DNA of 64,000 nt from Escherichia coli (lineage in GTDB: Bacteria; Pseudomonadota; Gammaproteobacteria; Enterobacterales; Enterobacteriaceae): NCBI RefSeq assembly GCF_024502345.1, contig NZ_JALDNN010000001.1; one strand, given 5' to 3'. The notes beneath the pieces are model-generated. The model was not told where the DNA came from. It saw only the letters and a list, made by a program, of their open reading frames with translations, and did not search any database. Both the position numbers and the translations under genes were made by a program. Below, one piece after another: positions 50,221 through 64,000 of this stretch. Numbering within the stretch: the stretch's first letter is position 1; each line of letters begins with the position of its first letter.

Positions 50221-50315
50221 GTTGGAGTCATTACCAGAAAACCCTGCCATTTTCCCCTACTTTCAATCCTGTGATAGGATGTCACTGATGATGTTAATCA
50301 CACTGACCTTACAGA

Positions 50316-51107
50316 ATGGGCCTTATGAACGCATTTGATTCGCAAACCGAAGATTCTTCACCTGCAATTGGTCGCAACTTGCGTAGCCGCCCGCTGGCGC
50401 GTAAAAAACTCTCCGAAATGGTGGAAGAAGAGCTGGAACAGATGATCCGCCGTCGTGAATTTGGCGAAGGTGAACAATTACCGTCTGAACGCGAACTGAT
50501 GGCGTTCTTTAACGTTGGGCGTCCTTCGGTGCGTGAAGCGCTGGCAGCGTTAAAACGCAAAGGTCTGGTGCAAATAAACAACGGCGAACGTGCCCGCGTC
50601 TCACGTCCTTCTGCGGACACCATCATCGGCGAGCTTTCCGGCATGGCGAAAGATTTCCTTTCTCATCCTGGTGGGATTGCCCATTTCGAACAATTACGTC
50701 TGTTCTTTGAATCCAGCCTGGTGCGCTATGCGGCTGAACACGCCACCGATGAGCAAATCGATTTGCTGGCAAAAGCACTGGAAATCAACAGTCAGTCGCT
50801 GGATAACAACGCGGCATTCATTCGCTCAGACGTTGATTTCCACCGCGTGCTGGCGGAGATCCCAGGTAACCCAATCTTCATGGCGATCCACGTTGCCCTG
50901 CTCGACTGGCTGATCGCCGCACGTCCAACCGTGGCTGATCAGGCTCTGCACGAGCATAACAACGTTAGCTATCAACAGCATATTGCGATCGTTGACGCGA
51001 TCCGCCGCCACGATCCTGACGAAGCCGATCGTGCGTTGCAATCGCATCTCAACAGCGTCTCTGCTACCTGGCACGCCTTCGGTCAGACCACCAACAAAAA
51101 GAAATAA
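50316..51107 (+). CDS. nanR: GntR/FadR-family sialic acid regulon repressor NanR
   Basis: 263-aa [79 protein letters not shown]. Confidence 0.95.
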   Translation: MGLMNAFDSQTEDSSPAIGRNLRSRPLARKKLSEMVEEELEQMIRRREFGEGEQLPSERELMAFFNVGRPSVREALAALKRKGLVQINNGERARVSRPSADTIIGELSGMAKDFLSHPGGIAHFEQLRLFFESSLVRYAAEHATDEQIDLLAKALEINSQSLDNNAAFIRSDVDFHRVLAEIPGNPIFMAIHVALLDWLIAARPTVADQALHEHNNVSYQQHIAIVDAIRRHDPDEADRALQSHLNSVSATWHAFGQTTNKKK

Positions 51108-51170
51108 TGCCACTTTAGTGAAGCAGATCGCATTATAAGCTTTCTGTATGGGGTGTTGCTTAATTGATCT

Positions 51171-51193
51171 GGTATAACAGGTATAAAGGTATA
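51171..51193 (+). promoter_or_regulatory. Nan box: three tandem GGTATA repeats (NanR operator) in the nanA promoter
   Basis: GGTATAacaGGTATAaaGGTATA read directly, 36 bp upstream of nanA start. Confidence 0.8.
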
Positions 51194-51228
51194 TCGTTTA
51201 TCAGACAAGCATCACTTCAGAGGTATTT

Positions 51229-52122
51229 ATGGCAACGAATTTACGTGGCGTAATGGCTGCACTCCTGACTCCTTTTGATCAACAACAAGCACTGGATAAA
51301 GCGAGTCTGCGCCGCCTGGTTCAGTTCAATATTCAGCAGGGCATTGACGGTTTATACGTGGGTGGTTCGACCGGCGAAGCCTTTGTACAAAGCCTTTCCG
51401 AGCGTGAACAGGTACTGGAAATCGTCGCCGAAGAGGCGAAAGGTAAGATTAAACTCATCGCCCACGTCGGTTGCGTCAGCACCGCCGAAAGCCAACAACT
51501 TGCGGCATCGGCTAAACGTTATGGCTTCGATGCCGTCTCCGCCGTCACACCGTTCTACTATCCTTTCAGCTTTGAAGAACACTGCGATCACTATCGGGCA
51601 ATTATTGATTCGGCGGATGGTTTGCCGATGGTGGTGTACAACATTCCAGCCCTGAGCGGGGTAAAACTGACCCTGGATCAGATCAACACCTTGGTTACGC
51701 TGCCTGGTGTCGGCGCGCTGAAACAGACCTCTGGCGATCTCTATCAGATGGAACAGATCCGTCGTGAACATCCTGATCTGGTGCTCTATAACGGTTACGA
51801 CGAAATCTTCGCTTCCGGCTTGCTGGCGGGCGCAGACGGCGGTATCGGCAGTACTTACAATATCATGGGCTGGCGCTATCAGGGGATCGTGAAGGCGCTG
51901 AAAGAAGGCGATATCCAGACCGCGCAGAAACTGCAAACTGAGTGCAATAAAGTCATTGATTTACTGATCAAAACGGGCGTATTCCGCGGCCTGAAAACTG
52001 TTCTGCATTATATGGATGTTGTTTCTGTGCCGCTGTGCCGCAAACCGTTTGGTCCGGTAGATGAAAAATATCTGCCAGAACTGAAGGCGCTGGCCCAGCA
52101 GTTGATGCAAGAGCGCGGGTGA
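51229..52122 (+). CDS. nanA: N-acetylneuraminate lyase
   Basis: 297-aa [55 protein letters not shown]. Confidence 0.97.
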
Positions 52123-52230
52123 GTTGTTTCCCCTCGCTCGCCCCTACCGGGTGAGGGGAAATAAACGCATCTGTACCCTACAATTTTCATACCAAAGCGT
52201 GTGGGCATCGCCCACCGCGGGAGACTCACA

Positions 52231-53721
52231 ATGAGTACTACAACCCAGAATATCCCGTGGTATCGCCATCTCAATCGTGCACAATGGCGGGCATTTTCCG
52301 TTGCCTGGTTGGGATATCTGCTTGACGGTTTTGATTTCGTTTTAATCGCCCTGGTACTCACCGAAGTACAAGGTGAATTCGGGCTGACGACGGTGCAGGC
52401 GGCAAGTCTGATCTCCGCAGCCTTTATCTCTCGCTGGTTCGGCGGCCTGATGCTCGGCGCTATGGGTGACCGCTACGGGCGTCGTCTGGCAATGGTCACC
52501 AGCATCGTTCTCTTCTCGGCCGGGACGCTGGCCTGCGGCTTTGCGCCAGGCTACATCACCATGTTTATCGCTCGTCTGGTCATCGGCATGGGGATGGCGG
52601 GTGAATACGGTTCCAGCGCCACCTATGTCATTGAAAGCTGGCCAAAACATCTGCGTAACAAAGCCAGTGGCTTTCTGATTTCAGGCTTCTCTGTGGGGGC
52701 CGTCGTTGCCGCTCAGGTCTACAGCTTGGTGGTTCCGGTCTGGGGCTGGCGTGCGCTGTTCTTTATCGGCATTTTGCCAATCATCTTTGCTCTCTGGCTG
52801 CGTAAAAACATCCCGGAAGCGGAAGACTGGAAAGAGAAACACGCAGGTAAAGCACCAGTACGCACAATGGTGGATATTCTCTACCGTGGTGAACATCGCG
52901 TTGCCAATATCGTAATGACACTGGCGGCGGCTACTGCGCTGTGGTTCTGCTTCGCCGGTAACCTGCAAAATGCCGCGATCGTCGCTGTTCTTGGGCTGTT
53001 ATGCGCCGCAATCTTTATCAGCTTTATGGTGCAGAGTACGGGCAAACGCTGGCCAACTGGCGTAATGCTGATGGTGGTCGTGTTGTTTGCTTTCCTCTAC
53101 TCATGGCCGATTCAGGCGCTGCTGCCAACGTATCTGAAAACCGATCTGGCTTATAACCCGCATACTGTCGCCAATGTGCTGTTCTTTAGTGGCTTTGGCG
53201 CGGCGGTGGGGTGCTGCGTCGGTGGCTTCCTCGGTGACTGGCTGGGAACCCGCAAAGCGTACGTTTGTAGTCTGTTGGCCTCGCAGCTGCTGATTATTCC
53301 GGTATTTGCGATTGGCGGTGCAAACGTCTGGGTGCTCGGTCTGTTACTGTTCTTCCAGCAAATGCTTGGACAAGGGATCGCCGGGATCTTACCAAAACTG
53401 ATTGGCGGTTATTTCGATACCGACCAGCGTGCAGCGGGCCTGGGCTTTACCTACAACGTTGGCGCATTGGGCGGTGCACTGGCCCCAATCATCGGCGCGT
53501 TGATCGCTCAACGTCTGGATCTGGGTACTGCGCTGGCATCGCTCTCGTTCAGTCTGACATTTGTGGTGATCCTGCTGATTGGTCTGGATATGCCTTCCCG
53601 CGTTCAGCGTTGGCTGCGCCTGGAAGCATTGCGTACTCATGACGCTATCGACGGCAAACCATTTAGCGGTGCCGTGCCATTTGGCAGCGCCAAAAACGAT
53701 TTAGTCAAAACCAAAAGTTAA
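52231..53721 (+). CDS. nanT: Sialic acid MFS transporter NanT
   Basis: [46 protein letters not shown]...; track ORF extended upstream. Confidence 0.96.
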
Positions 53722-53768
53722 TCCTGTTGCCCGGTCTATGTACCGGGCCTTTCGCTAAGGGAAGATGT

Positions 53769-54454
53769 ATGTCGTTACTTGCACAACTGGATCAAAAAAT
53801 CGCTGCTAACGGTGGCCTGATTGTCTCCTGCCAGCCGGTTCCTGACAGCCCGCTCGATAAACCCGAAATCGTCGCAGCCATGGCATTAGCGGCAGAGCAG
53901 GCGGGCGCGGTTGCCATTCGCATCGAAGGTGTGGCAAATCTGCAAGCCACGCGTGCGGTGGTGAGCGTGCCGATTATTGGAATTGTGAAACGCGATCTGG
54001 AGGATTCTCCGGTACGCATCACGGCCTATATTGAAGATGTCGATGCGCTGGCGCAGGCGGGCGCGGACATTATCGCCATTGACGGCACCGACCGCCCGCG
54101 TCCGGTGCCTGTTGAAACGCTGCTGGCACGTATTCATCATCACGGTTTACTGGCGATGACCGACTGCTCAACGCCGGAAGACGGCCTGGCATGCCAAAAG
54201 CTGGGAGCCGAAATTATTGGCACTACGCTTTCTGGCTATACCACGCCTGAAACGCCAGAAGAGCCGGATCTGACGCTGGTGAAAAGGTTGAGCGACGCCG
54301 GATGTCGGGTGATTGCCGAAGGGCGTTACAACACGCCTGCTCAGGCGGCTGATGCGATGCGCCACGGCGCGTGGGCGGTGACGGTCGGTTCTGCCATTAC
54401 GCGTCTTGAACACATTTGTCAGTGGTACAACACAGCGATGAAAAAGGCGGTGCT

Positions 54455-54458
<4 letters not shown>
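53769..54458 (+). CDS. nanE: N-acetylmannosamine-6-phosphate 2-epimerase
   Basis: [54 protein letters not shown]... Confidence 0.96.
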
Positions 54459-55791
<1,333 letters not shown>

Positions 55792-55866
55792 ATTTATTAG
55801 ATCAGGCGTGACCTGACCCATCTTTGGCACAGAGCCAAACCTGAACTGACGGACCGCTCTGTGCCA

Positions 55867-56208
55867 TTACCTGACGTTGTATTCTTTTATGTTAACACCC
55901 TTGATACTGTATATACCTGTCCGCTTAATTCGCTTGCCCTTTTTATTCGTAATAGTTGCTGTAAGTGTACTGCAGCGAATGGAATGACGTTCATCAATCA
56001 CCAGCCGAATTGCTTCTGAAGCATCTTCCACCTCTAGAAGGTCGTGAGTCTTATTTAAGCCGAATGGAACAAGGTGGAAGGCAGTTTTTCCTGATGATTT
56101 TCTGGTTATTTTTACTGGATACAACACATCACCACTTTTATGGATTAATTCAAGCTGTTCAATGTAAATCATGGCAACTTTCCTTCGTTTATTTGCATGA
56201 ATATACAA
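55867..56208 (-). CDS. Hypothetical small protein (101-113 aa) in AT-rich DNA, not recognised
   Basis: ORF MYIHANKRRKVAMIYIEQLELIHKSGDVLYPVKITRKSSGKTAFHLVPFGLNKTHDLLEVEDASEAIRLVIDERHSIRC...; low-GC context; alternative start at MIYIEQ (56172). Confidence 0.3.
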   Translation of the reverse strand: MYIHANKRRKVAMIYIEQLELIHKSGDVLYPVKITRKSSGKTAFHLVPFGLNKTHDLLEVEDASEAIRLVIDERHSIRCSTLTATITNKKGKRIKRTGIYSIKGVNIKEYNVR

Positions 56209-56668
56209 ACCGAAAATAGGAGATGCAATACAAAAGCTGTGGAAATATCAAACAGCCTCTCAATTTGGCAGACAGCGTCTGCCAAATCTTTGCCGATGGG
56301 AATTCTGCAGATGGTGTCTGCGGAATTCCCAATGGTGTTAATTCGCCAGACACTGTCTGGCGAATTTCAACATGTTGAAAAAAGAGGTAAAAAAGCCTCA
56401 TTTGGCGTAAGTTTTTTGCAGAGAACCCACGCTTATACCTTAGACTTAAATCCTTTGATAGTCGCTTGATTAGCTGCGCACCATACGCAGCCCTTGCCTC
56501 GCCACCTTGTTCAAATTCGACAATTCGTCGGCCAATTTCCCAGTATGTCGCGGTCATCAGCGCGTTAACGCTACGTACCGTTTCCGTCCGGACGCTATCG
56601 ACCAGGTGAATAATATCGTCGTGGATTTGCTGGTAGCCTGTTGAGGTTCTCTCTGAGAGCGATTCCAT
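56189..56668 (-). pseudogene. yhcG: YhcG-like (DUF1016 N-terminal domain) fragment, terminated after a palindromic repeat cluster
   Basis: ...TATYWEIGRRIVEFEQGGEARAAYGAQLIKRLSKDLSLRYKRGFSAKNLRQMRLFY... resembles the DUF1016/YhcG N-terminal motif; ORF is only 159 aa and its C-terminal third is encoded by three palindromes. Confidence 0.5.
56263..56366. repeat. Three tandem palindromes at exact 39-bp centre-to-centre spacing sharing a GCAGAC/GTCTGC-type core
   Basis: U1 56263-56287 ATTTGGCAGACagcGTCTGCCAAAT (perfect); U2 56298-56330 GGGAATTCTGCAGAtggtgTCTGCGGAATTCCC (one mismatch); U3 56340-56366 AATTCGCCAGACAcTGTCTGGCGAATT (perfect). Confidence 0.85.
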
Positions 56669-56851
56669 TATCTGTCCCTTTATATGGCGCTGCGTTGAAT
56701 AATGGAATCAGCTATACGCCGGGCATCTACCGGTAACAATCCAGATGAGCGTATTACATTGGTTTTCTTCAGATTATGCGAGGCGCTTTCCAGAAAGAAA
56801 GGAGAATTTCAGCGCCGACTCTTTTCTGAGGAGGCGGCGCTGGGACAGAGC

Positions 56852-58282
<1,431 letters not shown>

Positions 58283-61200
58283 TTACTGCGCCTGCACGCG
58301 CAACTCTGCTGCGCTACGACTACGATGACCCAGCAGTGCTTTTACATCACTGGACTTCGGTTTAACCAGCGCAAATTTAGTGGCGAAGGTTGACCAGTTC
58401 GCCAGAATCTCTTCACCGCGCTGAGAGCCAGTATGCTGAACATGCTCGGTGATAAGACCGCGCAGATGCTCTTCATGGATCGCCAGATCGTCAACGCTTA
58501 AGACCTCGACCAGTTCCGGGTTAACGCGTTTGCGGAAATCACCGCTTTCATCGAGAACGTAAGCGAAGCCGCCGGTCATGCCCGCACCGAAGTTAACGCC
58601 GGTTTTACCCAGAATACAGACAATACCGCCCGTCATATATTCACAGCCGTTGTCGCCAATGCCTTCTACCACGGTGATAGCACCGGAGTTCCGCACGCCG
58701 AAACGTTCACCCGCGCGGCCTGCGGCATACAGACGACCACCGGTCGCGCCATACAGGCAGGTGTTGCCGATAATACTTGCTTCATGGCTGCGGAAGGCGG
58801 AACCAACCGGAGGACGAATGGCGATTAAGCCGCCCGCCATGCCTTTACCGACATAGTCGTTGGCATCCCCGGTCAGGTACAGTTCCACGCCGCCCGCGTT
58901 CCATACACCGAAACTCTGGCCTGCGGTGCCGTTGAAGTACGCTTTGATAGGATCGGCTGCCAGCCCCTGATCGCCGTGCGTCTGGGCGATATAGCCTGAA
59001 AGCGACGCGCCCACGGAGCGATCGGTATTGCGGATATCGAACCAGAAGGTTTTGCTCTGGCGTTCATCGACAAACGGTTTCGCCTGTTGCAGCAACTGCG
59101 CGTTCAGCAGGCCGTTATCAAACGGCGGGTTGTTTTCGGTGCAGTAGAGTGCCTTACCTGGATGCGGTTCGGCGGTCTCCAGCAGCTTCGACAGCGCCAG
59201 TTTTTGCTGTTTGGCGGTGAAACCGTCCAGTTCTTTCAGCAGGTCGGTGCGACCAATCAGATCCACCAGACGCGTTACGCCCAGCTGTGCCATCAGCTCG
59301 CGGGTTTCACGGGCAATAAATTCAAAGTAATTGGTAACCTTGAACGGCAGGCCGTGATAGTGGTTCTTACGCAGTTTGTCATCCTGAGTTGCTACACCCG
59401 TTGCGCAGTTGTTCAGATGGCAAATACGTAGATATTTACAGCCGAGCGCCACCATAGGGCCAGTGCCGAAGCCGAAGCTTTCTGCGCCGAGAATCGCCGC
59501 CTTGATGATATCGACACCCGTTTTCAGGCCGCCATCGACCTGCAAACGGATCTTGTGACGCAAGCCGTTAGCAACCAGCGCCTGCTGGGTTTCAACAAGC
59601 CCCAGCTCCCACGGACAGCCTGCGTATTTCACCGATGAAAGCGGACTTGCGCCGGTGCCGCCGTCATAGCCTGCGATGGTGATTAAATCGGCATAAGCTT
59701 TTGCCACGCCAGTCGCGATGGTGCCTACGCCCGGTTCGGAAACCAGCTTCACGGAGATCATCGCTTTCGGGTTAACCTGCTTGAGGTCGAAAATGAGCTG
59801 CGCTAAGTCCTCGATAGAGTAGATATCGTGGTGCGGCGGCGGGGAGATCAGCGTCACTCCGGGCACCGAATAGCGCAGTTTGGCGATGTAAGGAGTGACT
59901 TTATCACCCGGCAACTGACCGCCTTCGCCCGGCTTCGCGCCCTGGGCGACTTTAATCTGAATGACGTCGGCATTGACCAGATACGCCGGAGTAACCCCAA
60001 AGCGACCGGAAGCCACCTGCTTGATGCGCGACACTTTGTTGGTGCCGTAGCGCGCCGGATCTTCACCGCCTTCACCGGAGTTTGAGTTACCGCCGATGCT
60101 GTTCATCGCTTCCGCCAGCGCCTCGTGGGCTTCCGGGCTTAACGCGCCGATAGACATCGCGGCGGTATCAAAGCGTTTAAACAGTTCGCTTGCCGGTTCA
60201 ACATCAGCAATGTTGACCGCGTTTTCACCCGGCGTAATTGCCAGCAGATCGCGCAGCGTGGTTGCCGGACGCTCATTAACCAGCTTCGCGTATTCCTGAT
60301 AGTCGCTGTACTCGCCGCTCTGTACCGCCTGTTGCAGCGTGCGCACCACGTCCGGGTTGTAGGCGTGGTATTCGCCGCCGTGGACGTATTTCAGCAGGCC
60401 GCCCTGGCTGATGGGCTTGCGCGCCAGCCAGGCACGTTTCGACAGATTCAGCAGATCCTGCTGGAAGTCTTCAAAGCTCGCCCCCCCAATGCGGCTGACC
60501 GCCCCCTGGAAGCACAGGCCCACTACATCATCGTGCAGACCGACCGCTTCAAACAGTTTCGAGCAGCGGTAAGAGGCGATGGTGGAGATGCCCATTTTGG
60601 ACATGATTTTGTACAAGCCTTTGTTGATGCCGTTACGGTAGTTGAGCATCACGGTACGATAATCTTTGGCAATCGCATGGGTGTCTACCAGGCGGCCCAG
60701 CGTTTCATAGGCAAGGTATGGATAAATAGCCGTCGCGCCGAAGCCCAGCAACACGGCGAAGTGGTGCGGATCGCGGGCGCTGGCGGTTTCGACGATGATG
60801 TTGGCATCGCAGCGCAGGCTTTGATCGACCAGACGGGTCTGGATCGCGCCAACCGCCATCGGAGCCGGAACCGGCAGGCGATCTTTAGCGATATTCCGGT
60901 CGGAGAGCACCAGCAACACGGTGCCGCTACGTACCATTTTTTCGGCTTTGTCGCACAGCTCTTTGACTGTCGCTTCGAGCGTGGTTTTAGTGACGTCAAA
61001 GGTGATATCCAGCGTATCTGCGCGGTAGTGCTCCTCTTTCATCGTCGTGAGCTGTTTGAAATCGGAGTAGAGCAGAATCGGCGATTTAAAGCTTAAACGG
61101 TGCGCCTGGCCCTCTGCTTCACAGAAGACGTTCATTTCACGACCAATGCTGGTGGCGAGCGACATAACATGCGCTTCACGCAGCGGGTCGATTGGCGGGT

Positions 61201-62836
61201 TAGTCACCTGGGCAAACTGCTGGCGGAAGTAGTCGTAAATAATGCGCGGCTGACTGGAGAGCACGGCGAATGGGGTATCATCGCCCATCGAACCGACCGC
61301 TTCCTGACCGTTTTCGCCCAGTACGCGAATTACGGAGTCCAGCTCTTCCGCGCTGTAGTTAAACTGTTTCTGGTAGCTGGCAAGCGTGTCGTCGTCCAGT
61401 TCGCGGCTACCCACTTCTTCATCGGGCAGATCTTCAAACGGTACCAGTCGGCGGACGTTTTTCTCCATCCACTCTTTATAAGGGTGGCGGCTTTTCAGAT
61501 CGTCATCGGTTTCTGCCGAGTGCAGAATACGTCCACTGCGAGTGTCGATCACCATCAGTTCGCCTGGCCCGACGCGGCCTTTTTCGACCACTTCGTCAGG
61601 CTGGTAATCCCAGATACCGACTTCAGAGGCGCAGGTGATGAGCTTATCTTTGGTGATGACGTAGCGCGCCGGACGCAGACCGTTACGGTCGAGGTTACAG
61701 GCAGCAAAACGACCGTCAGACATCACGATGCCCGCCGGGCCATCCCACGGCTCCATATGCATGGAGTTAAAGTCAAAGAAGGCACGCAGTTCCGGGTCCA
61801 TATCCGGGTTGTTCTGCCAGGCGGGTGGTACTAATAGACGCATGGCGCGGATGATATCCATCCCGCCTGCCAGCAGCAGTTCCAGCATGTTATCCATCGA
61901 ACTGGAGTCAGAGCCGGTTTCGTTGACGAACGGTGCGGCGTCGTGCAGGTCAGGGATAAGCGGTGTCTGGAATTTATAAGTACGCGCACGCGCCCATTGG
62001 CGGTTACCGGTGATGGTGTTGATTTCACCATTATGCGCCAGGTAGCGGAACGGTTGCGCCAGCGGCCAGCGCGGTACGGTGTTAGTGGAGAAGCGCTGGT
62101 GGAACAGGCAAATGGCCGATTCCAGACGCAGGTCCGCAAGATCCAGATAAAAGCGCGGCAGATCCGCCGGCATACACAGACCTTTATAGATGTTCACCAG
62201 ATTCGACAGGCTACAGACGTAGAAGTCTTTGTCGGCTTCGAGACGCTTTTCAATGCGACGGCGGGTGATAAACAGACGGCGCTCCATATCGCGTGGACGC
62301 CAGCCTGCCGGGGCGTTCACAAAAATTTGCTCAATGCGTGGCAGAGAGGAGAGGGCGATTTCACCCAGCACGCCTTCGTTAGTGGGGACATCACGCCAGC
62401 CCACAATCGACAAGGTTTCGCGTTGCAGCTCTTCTTCAACGATGCGGCGTGCGGCAGCAGCGAGTTCAGGATCTTTATTCAGGAAGAGCATCCCGACAGC
62501 GTAGTTTTTTGCTAAACGCCAGCCGCGCTCCTGCGCAACGATGCGAAAAAAGCGATCCGGTTTTTGTAATAGCAAGCCGCAACCGTCACCAGTTTTACCA
62601 TCGGCGAGAATCGCGCCACGGTGCTGCATACGGGCCAGTGCGTGTATTGCAGTACGCACTACCTTGTGGCTAGGTTCGCCTTCTATGTGGGCGATCAGGC
62701 CGAAACCACAGTTATCCCTCTCAAGGGATTTATCGTACAACATATCGTGAACCTCCCCCAGGCTCTGCGGGAACCCCACTACCGAACCGCTGCGCACGGG
62801 CACAGAAAGAGCGTGGCGACGGGGGTTGCGTGTCAT
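58283..62836 (-). CDS. gltB: Glutamate synthase (NADPH) large subunit
   Basis: ORF of 1517-1522 aa; [26 protein letters not shown]...[27 protein letters not shown]...; Ntn-amidotransferase, FMN and GXGXG domains. Confidence 0.97.
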   Translation of the reverse strand: MTRNPRRHALSVPVRSGSVVGFPQSLGEVHDMLYDKSLERDNCGFGLIAHIEGEPSHKVVRTAIHALARMQHRGAILADGKTGDGCGLLLQKPDRFFRIVAQERGWRLAKNYAVGMLFLNKDPELAAAARRIVEEELQRETLSIVGWRDVPTNEGVLGEIALSSLPRIEQIFVNAPAGWRPRDMERRLFITRRRIEKRLEADKDFYVCSLSNLVNIYKGLCMPADLPRFYLDLADLRLESAICLFHQRFSTNTVPRWPLAQPFRYLAHNGEINTITGNRQWARARTYKFQTPLIPDLHDAAPFVNETGSDSSSMDNMLELLLAGGMDIIRAMRLLVPPAWQNNPDMDPELRAFFDFNSMHMEPWDGPAGIVMSDGRFAACNLDRNGLRPARYVITKDKLITCASEVGIWDYQPDEVVEKGRVGPGELMVIDTRSGRILHSAETDDDLKSRHPYKEWMEKNVRRLVPFEDLPDEEVGSRELDDDTLASYQKQFNYSAEELDSVIRVLGENGQEAVGSMGDDTPFAVLSSQPRIIYDYFRQQFAQVTNPPIDPLREAHVMSLATSIGREMNVFCEAEGQAHRLSFKSPILLYSDFKQLTTMKEEHYRADTLDITFDVTKTTLEATVKELCDKAEKMVRSGTVLLVLSDRNIAKDRLPVPAPMAVGAIQTRLVDQSLRCDANIIVETASARDPHHFAVLLGFGATAIYPYLAYETLGRLVDTHAIAKDYRTVMLNYRNGINKGLYKIMSKMGISTIASYRCSKLFEAVGLHDDVVGLCFQGAVSRIGGASFEDFQQDLLNLSKRAWLARKPISQGGLLKYVHGGEYHAYNPDVVRTLQQAVQSGEYSDYQEYAKLVNERPATTLRDLLAITPGENAVNIADVEPASELFKRFDTAAMSIGALSPEAHEALAEAMNSIGGNSNSGEGGEDPARYGTNKVSRIKQVASGRFGVTPAYLVNADVIQIKVAQGAKPGEGGQLPGDKVTPYIAKLRYSVPGVTLISPPPHHDIYSIEDLAQLIFDLKQVNPKAMISVKLVSEPGVGTIATGVAKAYADLITIAGYDGGTGASPLSSVKYAGCPWELGLVETQQALVANGLRHKIRLQVDGGLKTGVDIIKAAILGAESFGFGTGPMVALGCKYLRICHLNNCATGVATQDDKLRKNHYHGLPFKVTNYFEFIARETRELMAQLGVTRLVDLIGRTDLLKELDGFTAKQQKLALSKLLETAEPHPGKALYCTENNPPFDNGLLNAQLLQQAKPFVDERQSKTFWFDIRNTDRSVGASLSGYIAQTHGDQGLAADPIKAYFNGTAGQSFGVWNAGGVELYLTGDANDYVGKGMAGGLIAIRPPVGSAFRSHEASIIGNTCLYGATGGRLYAAGRAGERFGVRNSGAITVVEGIGDNGCEYMTGGIVCILGKTGVNFGAGMTGGFAYVLDESGDFRKRVNPELVEVLSVDDLAIHEEHLRGLITEHVQHTGSQRGEEILANWSTFATKFALVKPKSSDVKALLGHRSRSAAELRVQAQ

Positions 62837-63414
62837 ACGCGCGCCTCGCATTCGCCCCCTTGTTGTCCTTTTCGCATCGGTTAATACGGTGAAGAGGGGA
62901 TCTCAATTACTGCATAAATATGATGAGCAGGCTGCTCATCCAGAAAGCTTCCAGCGGATCTCCAACTTATCGGGAAAGCTGATACAGGTCAAATGGCAAG
63001 CTTATTGGTACAGAAATGTGCTTTAGCGCAAAATTCTTTATTAAATGGCTGAAATTAAAATAGATTTTATCTTTAAGGCTAAAAGGGAAGTCGTTAGAGA
63101 AACAGTCAATTCCTGACTGTCATAAAGGCGTGTTAACCCTTATCCTGCCTTGAACTGACGAGAAAACCAGCATTTTATACTGCCTTAATTGGTAATGACG
63201 TTTCATGCTACTGTTTTTGCCTAAAATCCATAAGGAGATAAAAAAATCTGACACAAGATAAGCAAAAGTGATTTATGTGATTATGCATGAAATTTCGGTA
63301 ATTTTGATTGATTATGCAGTTGATAAAAGCAGGCCGGGACGATTGATCCAGGTCATCGCCGAATTGAGCTAAAAATGGCAGGCTTTGGCCTCTTTTCAAG
63401 GCGCGGTCTATCAG

Positions 63415-64000
63415 ATTATGCAGTTACAGAAATTAGTCAATATGTTTGGTGGTGATCTCACCCGTCGTTATGGGCAAAAGGTGCATAAGCTGACGCTGCA
63501 CGGCGGTTTTAGCTGCCCTAACCGTGACGGTACCATCGGGCGTGGTGGCTGCACATTCTGTAATGTGGCCTCGTTTGCCGATGAAGCGCAGCAGCATCGT
63601 TCCATTGCCGAGCAACTGGCGCACCAGGCGAATTTAGTTAACCGCGCTAAACGCTATCTGGCCTACTTTCAGGCGTATACCAGCACCTTTGCGGAAGTTC
63701 AGGTGCTGCGTTCTATGTATCAGCAGGCGGTGAGCCAGGCCAATATTGTCGGTTTGTGTGTTGGTACCCGCCCGGACTGCGTGCCGGATGCGGTGCTGGA
63801 TCTGCTTTGCGAATATAAGGACCAGGGTTACGAAGTGTGGCTGGAGCTGGGGCTACAAACCGCCCACGACAAAACACTGCATCGCATCAACCGCGGCCAT
63901 GATTTTGCCTGTTATCAGCGTACAACCCAGCTGGCACGTCAGCGCGGGCTGAAGGTGTGTTCCCACTTAATTGTCGGCCTGCCTGGCGAAGGGCAGGCTG
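63415..64000 (+). CDS. yhcC: Radical SAM protein YhcC, 5' part (runs off window end)
   Basis: ATG at 63415 opens MQLQKLVNMFGGDLTRRYGQKVHKLTLHGGFSCPNRDGTIGRGGCTFCNVASF... with radical-SAM Cys motif; divergent from gltB; not in the ORF track because no stop lies in the window. Confidence 0.85.
   Translation, partial: MMQLQKLVNMFGGDLTRRYGQKVHKLTLHGGFSCPNRDGTIGRGGCTFCNVASFADEAQQHRSIAEQLAHQANLVNRAKRYLAYFQAYTSTFAEVQVLRSMYQQAVSQANIVGLCVGTRPDCVPDAVLDLLCEYKDQGYEVWLELGLQTAHDKTLHRINRGHDFACYQRTTQLARQRGLKVCSHLIVGLPGEGQA

Larger units (their letters stand above)
49468..50235 (+). mobile_element. IS1 insertion sequence (768 bp, complete)
   Basis: Begins GGTGATGCTGCCAACTTACTGATTTAGTGTATGATGGTG and ends ...AAGTTGGAGTCATTACC; contains insA and insB frames; no flanking target-site duplication. 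Confidence 0.95.

Noticed and set aside
56298-56330. GAATTCTGCAGAT (EcoRI-PstI) and a second GAATTC, resembling a cloning-vector polylinker
   Set aside because: No other vector-derived sequence is adjacent; the sites fall inside a palindromic repeat whose symmetry would generate them; the rest of the window is native chromosome. Treated as coincidence, though a 13-mer match to a common polylinker would merit a VecScreen check.
62922-62940. Palindrome GATGAGCAG-g-CTGCTCATC about 85 bp upstream of the gltB start codon
   Set aside because: A single palindrome in a long, known regulatory leader (the gltBDF promoter has many regulator sites); no repetition or other support to call it anything beyond a candidate operator or leader structure.

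Overview
Enterobacterial (Escherichia coli / Shigella-type) chromosomal segment, colinear with the E. coli K-12 region yhdY through yhcC but in reverse orientation. About 55 conserved housekeeping genes are recognisable from the translated ORFs: yhdWXY amino-acid ABC transporter, acrEF efflux pump, yhdJ methyltransferase, dusB-fis, prmA, panF, accBC, acuI, csrD, mreBCD, maf, rng, yhdP, tldD, aaeRXAB, argR, mdh, degQS, zapG/zapE, rplM-rpsI, sspAB, the nanR / nanATEK-yhcH sialic-acid cluster, gltBD and the start of yhcC. No rRNA, tRNA or CRISPR was seen. Four accessory features stand out against this core. (1) A 1057-bp IS903-group element with 18-bp inverted repeats and a 9-bp target duplication sits in codon 11 of the acrS (envR) repressor, upstream of acrEF. 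(2) A ~1.85-kb cryptic element sits at the 3' end of fis, flanked by a perfect 17-bp direct repeat of the fis terminus; it carries an integrase-like N-terminal remnant, a dense array of AGGTGTCAT 9-mers in both orientations around a 13-bp-arm hairpin, and a tail tape-measure-like C-terminal fragment. This is the best candidate for something undescribed, although it looks like a decayed integrative element rather than an intact system. (3) A complete IS1 lies in the 5' end of dcuD with no target duplication, 80 bp upstream of nanR. (4) The gltD-yhcH junction lacks the K-12 gltF-yhcADEF genes and instead has ~1 kb of AT-rich DNA with a yhcG-like fragment, an orphan small ORF and three palindromes at exact 39-bp spacing. 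All gene identifications rest on recalled protein sequences and gene order; no database search was run.
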